NCBI GenBank assembly: GCA_050949505.1
Contig: JBMNFV010000001.1
Span: 350,284 to 414,283, forward strand
Length of the DNA stretch: 64,000 bases
Direction of reading: 5' to 3'
Origin: Patescibacteria group bacterium
Lineage (GTDB): Bacteria > Patescibacteriota > Patescibacteriia > Patescibacteriales > UBA12465
Shown: positions 18,928-27,249 of the stretch, piece after piece
Layout of the letters: every line of letters begins with the position of its first letter
How positions within the stretch are numbered: the first letter of the stretch is position 1
Notes under the pieces: model-generated
Database searches by the model: none
Told to the model about the DNA's origin: nothing
What the model saw: the letters and a program-made list of their open reading frames with translations, nothing else
Translations under genes and position numbers: made by a program

Positions 18928-19259
18928 GATGATTGATGTTTGTTAAGGGAGATAGCTTGATTAAGATCACTAATATTCTTGTCTAGCTTAGCTATTTTCA
19001 GGCGCAGGCGAAAGACTTGATAAATTAGAGCGAGAACTACTAAATAGACAAGGAAGCTAATGGCGCCACTGGAAAAACCGAGACCAATGGTGAGCCAAGC
19101 ATCTAAGCGACGGATGAAGATAATTGCTAGCAGGGCTAGGAGCCAAAAGCCTAGCCATAATTTAAATTCCCCGGGATTAATTGCTTGTCGTCGTTTTTGT
19201 TGAAATAATCTAGTGATGAAAAAAGCGATGACAATCAAGGCAAGAAGTTGTTGTAGCAT
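18924..19259 (-). CDS. small integral membrane protein (possibly DUF2304-like)
   Basis: 111 aa, three hydrophobic helices plus a C-terminal amphipathic coil. It sits directly downstream of a GT2 gene, the usual context of DUF2304 proteins. The family assignment is from memory only. Confidence 0.45.
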   Translation of the reverse strand: MLQQLLALIVIAFFITRLFQQKRRQAINPGEFKLWLGFWLLALLAIIFIRRLDAWLTIGLGFSSGAISFLVYLVVLALIYQVFRLRLKIAKLDKNISDLNQAISLNKHQSS

Positions 19260-19262
19260 AGG

Positions 19263-19928
19263 TTAGTTAATTATTTTTTGAATGATTAAGTCTTTAATAA
19301 TTTTTATTCCTCCAGAAAATCTTTGGCCGTATTCATGATAAATGACCGTGATCGGCACTTCTTGAACACGGTTTTGATTAGCAAATAATTGGTGAAGAAT
19401 TTCGGTGCAATGAGCCATTCCGTCATTATTAATCTTTAGCTGCTGAGCACTTTGACGGCTAAGGGCCCTAAAGCCACTTTGGGGATCACTAAGTCTAATA
19501 CCAAAGAAGAGATAATTAATCGCTCTCGCTAAAGGCATAATGAGGTGTCGTTTAACTTTAGGTAGTTTAGTACGCTTATCTAAAAATCGTGAGCCTAAAA
19601 CTGCATCAGCTTCGTTAGCTAGCAGGGGTTTAAGTACGGCGGGAATATCACTGGCTTGAAATTGGTCATCGGCATCAAAATGGATAATTATTTCTGCCCC
19701 CCGACTTAAGGCTAAGGCGGTGCCAGTTCTTAAGGCGGCGCCTTGGCCGCGATTGATAACATGAGAAACGACTAAAGCCCCTGCAGCTTGGGCGAGTTGA
19801 GCCGTTTGGTCACGAGAGCAGTCATCAACGACGATTATTTCAGAGACCAAGGGCTTTACCTTGCTGATTACTAAAGCTATTTTCTGAGCCTCGTTGTAGG
19901 CGGGAATGACGCAGATAATCTTCTTCAT
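19263..19928 (-). CDS. glycosyltransferase family 2 (polyprenol-phosphate glycosyltransferase-like)
   Basis: VIPAYNEAQKI, VVDDCSRDQT and FDADDQ (DxD) motifs; 221 aa, soluble GT-A domain. Confidence 0.85.
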   Translation of the reverse strand: MKKIICVIPAYNEAQKIALVISKVKPLVSEIIVVDDCSRDQTAQLAQAAGALVVSHVINRGQGAALRTGTALALSRGAEIIIHFDADDQFQASDIPAVLKPLLANEADAVLGSRFLDKRTKLPKVKRHLIMPLARAINYLFFGIRLSDPQSGFRALSRQSAQQLKINNDGMAHCTEILHQLFANQNRVQEVPITVIYHEYGQRFSGGIKIIKDLIIQKIIN

Positions 19929-20956
19929 AGGATTAGACCAAATCTTTTCTTGTTAGCAAAATCCTTTTTTAGCGGCAAAAATCCTTGCTGGTTGGCCAGG
20001 CGTGATAAATCATTCCAGAAGTTTAGCTTATTCTTTTCCTGACTACTGAGAGTGATAAAGTCTTGGATTTTTGGAGTTAAGGGAAGGAGCTCAAAGACTC
20101 CAATCGTATCTCGTTGATTGATTTTTTGTTCCGCCGCCGCTAACTGCTGGCGCCTTAAGGGCGCTAAGCGTTGATTAATAATCAATTGCAGACTATTATT
20201 TTTTAGAGTTAAGGGCAGGGGAGCTTTCAAGCAGTAGTCTAAGGCTTGCCAGCTGGAATGAGCTTTAATAGAGGCTAAAACTAAGCGTCCACTAGCCCCA
20301 GCGCGCAGAGCGTTAATGAGGTCTAATTGATTAGAGATCTCAATAATCAAGACCTCCGAGTCTAGTTTCATAATCTTTTCCCAATTAGTACTATTGTTAA
20401 CTACTTGATTGACGTGAGTGAACTGACAGCTGGCTCCTGGGCCAGAGTGGAAGTAGTAGGCGCTAATATCAGGGCGATCTATTTCTTTAACTAAGGTTCC
20501 TAGGGTAGTGCTTTTGCCTTGATTGTCAGGAGCACTAACTAAAATTAAGCCTTGCCTTTTCTTTATAGCCGCTGTAAGCACCTTTAGAGACTGACGATCA
20601 AAGCCTAGTTGGTTAAGGCGCCAACATTTAGGTTGCTTAGAGGCAATTTGAATAAAGAATCGCTCGCCATTACCTTGAGGGGCAACAGTGAGCCAGAAAT
20701 TAAATTGCTCCTTAGGGCCTTGGAGTTTAAAGTATTTTTTATTAATCAATTCACCGGGAGTTAAATTCAGCACTTGTTGAATACTGGCCTTTAGGTCAGC
20801 CTCTAACTTAGGCGGCAAACCTAAAACGCGGCGCTGACCAGAGGGAAGCAGATAGTTAACAGACAAGTGACCAGAGTCATTTTCCTCTATGGCTAAATTA
20901 AGAGACTCATACTCCTGGGCTTGTTTTAATAATTTGTTGATAATTTTTTTATCCAT
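19925..20956 (-). CDS. GspE/PilB-family secretion ATPase homologue with degenerate catalytic motifs
   Basis: Collinear with type II/IV secretion ATPases. GLILVSAPDNQGKSTTL sits where the Walker A GPTGSGKTTTL is expected, DSEVLIIEISN where DPDVIMVGEIRD is expected, and SGRLVLASIKAH where the His box TGHLVLSTLHT is expected. LIINQRLAPL and GVFELLPLTPKI also align. Confidence 0.7.
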   Translation of the reverse strand: MDKKIINKLLKQAQEYESLNLAIEENDSGHLSVNYLLPSGQRRVLGLPPKLEADLKASIQQVLNLTPGELINKKYFKLQGPKEQFNFWLTVAPQGNGERFFIQIASKQPKCWRLNQLGFDRQSLKVLTAAIKKRQGLILVSAPDNQGKSTTLGTLVKEIDRPDISAYYFHSGPGASCQFTHVNQVVNNSTNWEKIMKLDSEVLIIEISNQLDLINALRAGASGRLVLASIKAHSSWQALDYCLKAPLPLTLKNNSLQLIINQRLAPLRRQQLAAAEQKINQRDTIGVFELLPLTPKIQDFITLSSQEKNKLNFWNDLSRLANQQGFLPLKKDFANKKRFGLIL

Positions 20957-21038
20957 ATTAACATTATAGCTTATTTTGTATTATTATAAAATATGCTAAA
21001 CTAATTAAGGAAAGTCTCTTAAGGAAACAATTTTTAAC

Positions 21039-21452
21039 ATGTTCTATACTTCACTTTATGCCCGGATTTATGAGGGCGGGCAAAATTTAAAAAAAACACT
21101 AAGACGAATCTTTAAATACCCCGAGGCTTATGTCTATGGGGGGCTATTTGTTGTTTTTCTAATTGGCCTAAGTTGGCAAGCTTATTTTATCAAACAAAAC
21201 CTGTTAGGCGATTTAGTGATCTTGCATTATAATGTTGATTTTGGAGTGGACTTGATGGCGACTAAGGGTTATTTAACTTTATATCCCTTGGCATTTCTTT
21301 TGGTGTTTTTAATAAATTTCCTAATTGTTTGGCTATTTAATCGTAGTCAGAATTTACGTAAATACCTTAATTATCTATTAGCTACCGCCTTATTGGTCGC
21401 TATTTTTATTAGCTTAGCTTTATTATCTATCTATTTAATTAACTTTCGCTAA
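21039..21452 (+). CDS. hypothetical membrane protein (137 aa)
   Basis: Three hydrophobic segments; first gene of the plus-strand cell-wall cluster, 4 nt upstream of mraY. No family recognised. Confidence 0.5.
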   Translation: MFYTSLYARIYEGGQNLKKTLRRIFKYPEAYVYGGLFVVFLIGLSWQAYFIKQNLLGDLVILHYNVDFGVDLMATKGYLTLYPLAFLLVFLINFLIVWLFNRSQNLRKYLNYLLATALLVAIFISLALLSIYLINFR

Positions 21453-21455
21453 CTT

Positions 21456-22505
21456 ATGTTGGAATTTAATTTAATCAAGATTCTCTTTTTTGCTATTTTA
21501 TCTTTTGTAGTCGCTTTTGCCTTAACACCGCTCTTAACGCATTTTTTGTATAAGTATAAGTTGGGGAAGCAAATTAGAAATAGTGGTGAGACCCCAATCT
21601 TTAGTGCCTTACATGCTCATAAGTCAGGCACCCCGACGATGGGAGGGATTTTAATTTGGGGGACAGTTTTATTCCTGATACTACTATTTTCTATTTTGGC
21701 AGACTTTTTTCCCAACAACCTCTTTACTCATCTTAACTTTTTATCACGTTCAGAAACCCTATTACCCCTAGGAGCCTTAGTGGCCACCGCTCTAATTGGT
21801 CTAGTGGATGATTGGCTGGATGTTAGAGGGAAGGGAGTTCGGGGAGGAGGGGGTCTGAGTTTAGGTTATCGTCTGTTAGTTTATACCCTGATTGCCACCA
21901 TTGGGGCCCTGTGGTTCTACTTTAAGTTAGATTGGACGATTTTTCATATTCCTTTCCTGGGCAACTTTGAAATTGGTCCTTGGTATATTCCCATATTTAT
22001 TATAGTCATTGTGGCGACTTCTTTCTCAGTTAATGAAACGGATGGTCTGGATGGCCTATCGGGCGGGACCTTGCTCTTTGCCTTCTTGGCTTACGGGATT
22101 ATTGCCTTTGCCTTAGGACGTTATGACTTAGCGACTTTCTGTGCAGCAATTATTGGGGCTTTATTATCCTTCTTGTGGTTTAATATTCCGCCCGCAAGGT
22201 TTTATATGGGCGATACTGGAGCCATGAGCTTGGGAGTGACCTTAGGGATAATTGCTCTGCTTACTAATAATGCCTTGTTGCTTATCCCCTTTGGTTTGGT
22301 ATTTATCTTTGAGTCCTTATCAGTGATAGTTCAATTAACTTCAAAAAGACTTTTTAAACGTAAGGTATTTTTATCAACTCCCATTCATCATCACTTTCAA
22401 GCAGTGGGTTGGTCTGAGGCTAAAATAGTGATGCGCTTTTGGGTAATATCAGGAGTGGGAATGGTCTTAGGTCTAATTATTTTCTTGCTAGATCAAGTAT
22501 TTTAA
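21456..22505 (+). CDS. mraY: phospho-N-acetylmuramoyl-pentapeptide transferase
   Basis: TPTMGG, NETDGLDGL, MGDTGAMSLG and PIHHHF motifs of MraY. Confidence 0.95.
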   Translation: MLEFNLIKILFFAILSFVVAFALTPLLTHFLYKYKLGKQIRNSGETPIFSALHAHKSGTPTMGGILIWGTVLFLILLFSILADFFPNNLFTHLNFLSRSETLLPLGALVATALIGLVDDWLDVRGKGVRGGGGLSLGYRLLVYTLIATIGALWFYFKLDWTIFHIPFLGNFEIGPWYIPIFIIVIVATSFSVNETDGLDGLSGGTLLFAFLAYGIIAFALGRYDLATFCAAIIGALLSFLWFNIPPARFYMGDTGAMSLGVTLGIIALLTNNALLLIPFGLVFIFESLSVIVQLTSKRLFKRKVFLSTPIHHHFQAVGWSEAKIVMRFWVISGVGMVLGLIIFLLDQVF

Positions 22506-22506
22506 T

Positions 22507-23670
22507 ATGCTAAATAGAGAGTCGTCACTACTAAGAACTAAAGGCAAAACAGCAAGTCATCAGCCGGACAAATTATTAATTGGTGCCCTATTAATCTTGT
22601 TAGTTTTTGGCTTGATGATGCTATTTAGTGCCTCTTGGGTGGTCTCTTATGATAAGTTTGGCAATACCTATCACTACTTCTTTAGGCAATTTATTTGGGT
22701 ATTAGTTTCTTTGGGGGCTTTTTATTTAGTTTCTAAAATAGATTATCGTTGGCTAAAGAAGTTTGCTTTTCTTTTCTTGCTTTTATCAATCTTTTTATTA
22801 ATTTTAGTATTTATTCCAGGTCTTAGGGCGGAGCACGGAACCTCACGAAGCTGGATAGTTATTTTTGGTCAGTCTTTTCAGCCAGCAGAGTTAGTGAAGT
22901 TATCATTCCTTATCTACCTAGCTACCTGGCTAGAGAGTCGCCGGGGAGAGCTTAAGGATTTTTGGAGTGGCACCTTTCCATTTTTAGTGACCCTAGCGAT
23001 TGTGAGCGGGCTAATGATTGCTCAGCCAGACCTAGGCACCTTGTTAATTATCATCTTTTCAGCCATTGCCACCTTCTTTATTGGCGGAGGGCGAGTGACT
23101 CACTTGCTAATTATTGGTCTAATTGGCGTGGCAGGACTATTAGCTATTCTTAGCTTTAAGGGGAATTATCAAACCGATAGACTACATTGTTATCGGGACC
23201 CGAGCTATAGTCGGCAAGCTGAGTGCTACCAAATTAATCAAGCCTTAATCGCAGTGGGCTCTGGGGGCTGGTTGGGGCGAGGGATAGGGGAGAGTCGGCA
23301 AAAATATTTATACCTACCAGAAGTGTGGGGAGATGCTATTTTTCCGATTATTGCTGAGGAAATTGGCTTTATCTTTAGCTCATTATTAATTTTATTATAT
23401 CTATTTATCTTTTACCGGGGTCTGATGATTGCTAAGCAGGCCCCAGACTCCTACGGCAGCCTCTTAGCGGTGGGGATAGTGGCCTGGTTAGCTTTTCAAA
23501 CCTTTTTAAATATTGGCGGGATGACTAACCTAATTCCCATGACTGGCGTCCCCTTGCCCTTTATTTCTGCTGGTGGCTCAGCCATTTTAGCCAACCTAAT
23601 GGCTATGGGCATTTTGATTAATATTAGCAAGCAAACCAAACCAACTAAGACCTATAAGCAAAGAGTATGA
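22507..23670 (+). CDS. ftsW: SEDS-family peptidoglycan glycosyltransferase FtsW/RodA
   Basis: QPAELVKL, QPDLGT, LPEVWGDAIFPIIAEE and PLPFISAGGSA motifs; located between mraY and murG. Confidence 0.85.
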   Translation: MLNRESSLLRTKGKTASHQPDKLLIGALLILLVFGLMMLFSASWVVSYDKFGNTYHYFFRQFIWVLVSLGAFYLVSKIDYRWLKKFAFLFLLLSIFLLILVFIPGLRAEHGTSRSWIVIFGQSFQPAELVKLSFLIYLATWLESRRGELKDFWSGTFPFLVTLAIVSGLMIAQPDLGTLLIIIFSAIATFFIGGGRVTHLLIIGLIGVAGLLAILSFKGNYQTDRLHCYRDPSYSRQAECYQINQALIAVGSGGWLGRGIGESRQKYLYLPEVWGDAIFPIIAEEIGFIFSSLLILLYLFIFYRGLMIAKQAPDSYGSLLAVGIVAWLAFQTFLNIGGMTNLIPMTGVPLPFISAGGSAILANLMAMGILINISKQTKPTKTYKQRV

Positions 23671-24755
23671 AGAAGCAGCAAAAAATATTTTTTTCGGGTG
23701 GTGGTACCGGAGGCTCAGTTACCCCGCTACTAGCGGTAGCCGAGGAATTAGTTCATGATGACAATTATGAGTTAGTTTTTGTAGGTGGCCAAACTGGCCC
23801 AGAGCGAGACTTGATAGCTAAGTTTAATCAGGGCCAAGGAATGAGATTTATTGCTATCAAATCTGGTAAGTGGCGACGCTATTTCTCTTGGCAGAACTTT
23901 ATAGACATCTTTAGAATCATTGCTGCCTTCTTTGAGTCATATCGCTTAATTAGACGGGAAAGGCCAGCAATTATTATCAGTGCTGGCAGCTTTGTTAGTG
24001 TCCCCTTAGTTTGGGCGGGGGCCTGTCAGCGGGTGCCAATTTTAATTCACCAACAAGATATTAGGCCGGGGTTGGCTAATCAGTTGATGGCTCCCTTGGC
24101 TAAAGTAATTACGGTTAGCTTTAAAAAATCCTTAGCGGATTACAATGCCCGGGCAGTGTGGACGGGTAATCCCATTAGTCAGTTAATTGACAATTTGCCA
24201 GATCGTGATCTAGTTTGGGAAAATTATCAACTTGCTCCTGAGCGACCGCTAATCCTAGTACTGGGTGGTGGCACGGGGGCGGTGGCGGTCAATGACTTAC
24301 TAGTTAAACTGCGTAGTGAGTTAAGTCAGATAGGGCAAGTCATCCACTTAACTGGGGCCGGTAAGCAGGCATTAGATTTTGAATCTCCGCATTATTATCA
24401 ATTTGAATTTCTTCCCCAGGCGGAACTATTGGCGCTTATGAAGCAGGCCAGTCTAGTTATTTCCCGAGGTGGTCTAGGAACTTTGACGGAGATTGCGAGT
24501 TTGCAAAAAGTGGCCATTTTGATCCCTATGCCTCATTCTCATCAAGAAGATAATGTAGCGGTATTTAGAGATAATGAGGCAGCTTTAGTATTAGATCAAG
24601 TAGGGTTGGAGCCGGAAAAATTATTAGAAGAAATTGAGTTATTGTTATCTGACTATCCGCGTCAGCAAGAATATCAGACTAATTTAGCTAAGCTAATGAA
24701 GGGGGGCGCGCGTGAGACCTTGGCGGAGATTATTATTAAGTTAGTTAAGAGTTAG
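23667..24755 (+). CDS. murG: UDP-GlcNAc:lipid I N-acetylglucosaminyltransferase MurG
   Basis: SGGGTGGSVTPLLAVAEEL N-terminal G-loop, C-terminal SRGGLGTLTEI and HQEDN region. Confidence 0.9.
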   Translation: MKKQQKIFFSGGGTGGSVTPLLAVAEELVHDDNYELVFVGGQTGPERDLIAKFNQGQGMRFIAIKSGKWRRYFSWQNFIDIFRIIAAFFESYRLIRRERPAIIISAGSFVSVPLVWAGACQRVPILIHQQDIRPGLANQLMAPLAKVITVSFKKSLADYNARAVWTGNPISQLIDNLPDRDLVWENYQLAPERPLILVLGGGTGAVAVNDLLVKLRSELSQIGQVIHLTGAGKQALDFESPHYYQFEFLPQAELLALMKQASLVISRGGLGTLTEIASLQKVAILIPMPHSHQEDNVAVFRDNEAALVLDQVGLEPEKLLEEIELLLSDYPRQQEYQTNLAKLMKGGARETLAEIIIKLVKS

Positions 24756-24770
24756 TGATAGTCAAATTTT

Positions 24771-26189
24771 ATGACCATTAAAGGCAAACATTTTTATCTG
24801 ATTGGTATTAAGGGGGTAGGCATGACTATGCTGGCTCAGTTTTTAGCTAAGCAGGGAGCGCGAGTGTCTGGCTCAGATGTTAGGGAAACTTTCCTAACTG
24901 ACCGAGTTTTAAAAAAACAGGGCATTCCCGTATATTCACCACCCCAGGCTAGTAATATTCCCGAGGACCCAGAGGTGATTGTCTATTCCTCCGCTTATCA
25001 TGAGAAAAATAATCCCGAACTAGCCTTCATCAAAAAGTCTAAACAAAGGTTTGCCAAAATTCCCTTACTTAGTTATGCTGAAGCCCTAGCAACCGTATTT
25101 AATGACTATACGGGGATAGCAGTTTGTGGCAGTCATGGCAAAACCAGTGTTACGGCTTGGCTAGGCTATGTCTTACAAGCCGCTGGACTAGACCCTAATG
25201 TTTTAGTGGGCTCCTTTGTGCCACAACTTCAGGGTAGTGCTCGCTTGGGAACTAGCGACTATTTCCTGGCTGAGGTAGATGAATATCAAAATAAATTACA
25301 ATATTTTCAACCCTTCGGAGTGTTGCTTAACAATATTAGCTATGACCATCCAGACTTTTTTCCCACTCAAGCGGCCTACACTAAAGTTTTTAGAGACTTT
25401 ATTAAAAAGATTCCTCCCCAAGGATTCTTAGTGCTTAATTTTGATGATAACCTGTCAAAAGCAGTGAGCCAGAGCAATCAGGGCAGGTTAATAACTTACG
25501 GGATTTTAGAAGATAAGGCAGTTCGGCCGAAGGTAGACTACGTTGCCCATGGTCTTAGGGTGGACAGAGCTTGGCAAGTGTTTTCAGTTAATAATCTAGG
25601 AGAGTTTAAAATTAGGCTATCGGGTCGGCATAGTATCTATAATGCCTTAGCAGTGATCGCTGCGGCCAAAGAGTTGCAAGTGCCTTTAGAGAAGATCAGA
25701 ACTGCCTTAGCCGAGTTTAGAGGGACCGATAGACGGGCGCAGAAATTAGGGACTTATCAAGGAGCGATTATCATTGATGACTATGCGCACCATCCTCAAG
25801 AAATAGTTAGCACCCTAGCAGGGCTACGACAGTTTTATCCCAATAAAGAGATTATCGTGGCCTTTCATCCTCATACCTACACTAGAACTAAAGCCTTGTT
25901 TGCTGACTTTGTTACCAGTTTTACCGAGGCCGATGAATTAATTGTTTTAGACATCTATGGTTCAGCTAGAGAGAAGCAGGGAGGGACTTCTAGTCGGAAA
26001 CTGGTAACCGCTATTGCTAAGCATAATCAACAGACAGGGAAGAGTCAGCGCCTGATGCAGCTGCCAGGCATCGCCGAGACCGCCGGCTATTTAAAGGGAC
26101 GAGCTAGCCAGGGGCAAGTGATAGTGCTCATGGGAGCAGGAGATGTTTTTCGGGTGGCGGAGATAATTTTAAATAAGGGGATAAAATAA
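24771..26189 (+). CDS. murC: UDP-N-acetylmuramate--L-alanine ligase
   Basis: IGIKGVGMTMLAQFL N-terminal domain, GSHGKTSVT P-loop, DDYAHHP; 472 aa. Confidence 0.9.
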   Translation: MTIKGKHFYLIGIKGVGMTMLAQFLAKQGARVSGSDVRETFLTDRVLKKQGIPVYSPPQASNIPEDPEVIVYSSAYHEKNNPELAFIKKSKQRFAKIPLLSYAEALATVFNDYTGIAVCGSHGKTSVTAWLGYVLQAAGLDPNVLVGSFVPQLQGSARLGTSDYFLAEVDEYQNKLQYFQPFGVLLNNISYDHPDFFPTQAAYTKVFRDFIKKIPPQGFLVLNFDDNLSKAVSQSNQGRLITYGILEDKAVRPKVDYVAHGLRVDRAWQVFSVNNLGEFKIRLSGRHSIYNALAVIAAAKELQVPLEKIRTALAEFRGTDRRAQKLGTYQGAIIIDDYAHHPQEIVSTLAGLRQFYPNKEIIVAFHPHTYTRTKALFADFVTSFTEADELIVLDIYGSAREKQGGTSSRKLVTAIAKHNQQTGKSQRLMQLPGIAETAGYLKGRASQGQVIVLMGAGDVFRVAEIILNKGIK

Positions 26190-26202
26190 TATAAATAATT
26201 TT

Positions 26203-27222
26203 ATGATCAAGGTTTTAAAAAAAGTTGATTTAAGTCCTTGGACAACGCTAAGAATTCCACAGTTAGCGGAGTTTTTAACCATCGTTAAAACAGAGGCTGA
26301 TCTGGAGGCAGCCCTAGATTGGGCGAGAGAAAAGCAGCTAGCAATATTTATTTTAGGGGGAGGTTCTAACCTGCTTTTAACTAAGCCGGTAAAGGGCCTG
26401 GTGATTAAAAATGAAATTAAGGGCGTAGCGCTGGCACAGGTAAGTGAAAAGCAAGTCCTAGTGAAAGCCTATTCCGGAGAAAATTGGACTAAGTTAGTGG
26501 ACTTTACCGTCAAACAAGGCTTAAGTGGTTTAGAGAATTTAGCCCTAATTTACGGCACCGTGGGAGCGGCTCCCATTCAAAACATTGGCGCTTATGGGGT
26601 AGAGCTTAAAGATGTTTTTTATGAACTAGAGGCAATTAATTTAAAGACGGGAGAGTTAAAGGTGTTTAAGAAAGCTGACTGTCAGTTTGCCTATCGGGAT
26701 AGTATTTTTAAAAATAGTCTGCGAGATCAATATTTTATCTATTCCGTAACTTTAAAGCTAAGTCGGTCAGCTAAATTAAATTTAAAGTATGGAGCGATTA
26801 AAGCGGAGCTGGAAAAAAGACAGATTAACCACCCTCAAGCAGCGGATGTGGCTAAAGTGGTCAAAATGATTCGTCGTCGTAAACTGCCTAACCCAGAGAG
26901 GTTGCCTAATGTCGGTTCATATTTTAAAAATGTGGAAATAGGCTTAGCTAAATATCAAGCCTTAAAGAAGAAGTATCCAGAACTGCCTAGCTACCCAGTC
27001 AGTGAGCGCTTAGTGAAAATACCCAGTGGCTGGCTAATTGAACAAGCCGGCTTTAAGGGCCAGCGCTTTGGTCCAGTGGGCATGTATGAAAAACAAGCCC
27101 TAGTCTTAGTTAATTATGGTGGAGCGACTGCTAAGCAAGTGATGGCGCTAGCTAATCAAGTGAAGCGAGCAGTGAAGAAGAAGTTTGGGCTTGATATTGT
27201 TGAGGAAGTTAGGGTAAGATAG
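26203..27222 (+). CDS. murB: UDP-N-acetylenolpyruvoylglucosamine reductase
   Basis: ILGGGSNLL FAD-binding motif, GAAPIQNIGAYG, PNVGSYFKN and SGWLIEQAGFKG motifs. Confidence 0.9.
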   Translation: MIKVLKKVDLSPWTTLRIPQLAEFLTIVKTEADLEAALDWAREKQLAIFILGGGSNLLLTKPVKGLVIKNEIKGVALAQVSEKQVLVKAYSGENWTKLVDFTVKQGLSGLENLALIYGTVGAAPIQNIGAYGVELKDVFYELEAINLKTGELKVFKKADCQFAYRDSIFKNSLRDQYFIYSVTLKLSRSAKLNLKYGAIKAELEKRQINHPQAADVAKVVKMIRRRKLPNPERLPNVGSYFKNVEIGLAKYQALKKKYPELPSYPVSERLVKIPSGWLIEQAGFKGQRFGPVGMYEKQALVLVNYGGATAKQVMALANQVKRAVKKKFGLDIVEEVRVR

Positions 27223-27249
27223 AGAATGAAATTTTAAGTTATTATCATT

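Noticed and set aside
20957-21038. Divergent promoter region between the minus-strand glycosylation operon and the plus-strand cell-wall cluster. Candidate elements include TGCTAAACT and TATAAA.
   Set aside because: Several overlapping weak -10-like hexamers occur in pure A/T sequence with no convincing -35 spacing. Promoters must exist here, but I cannot place them with confidence.
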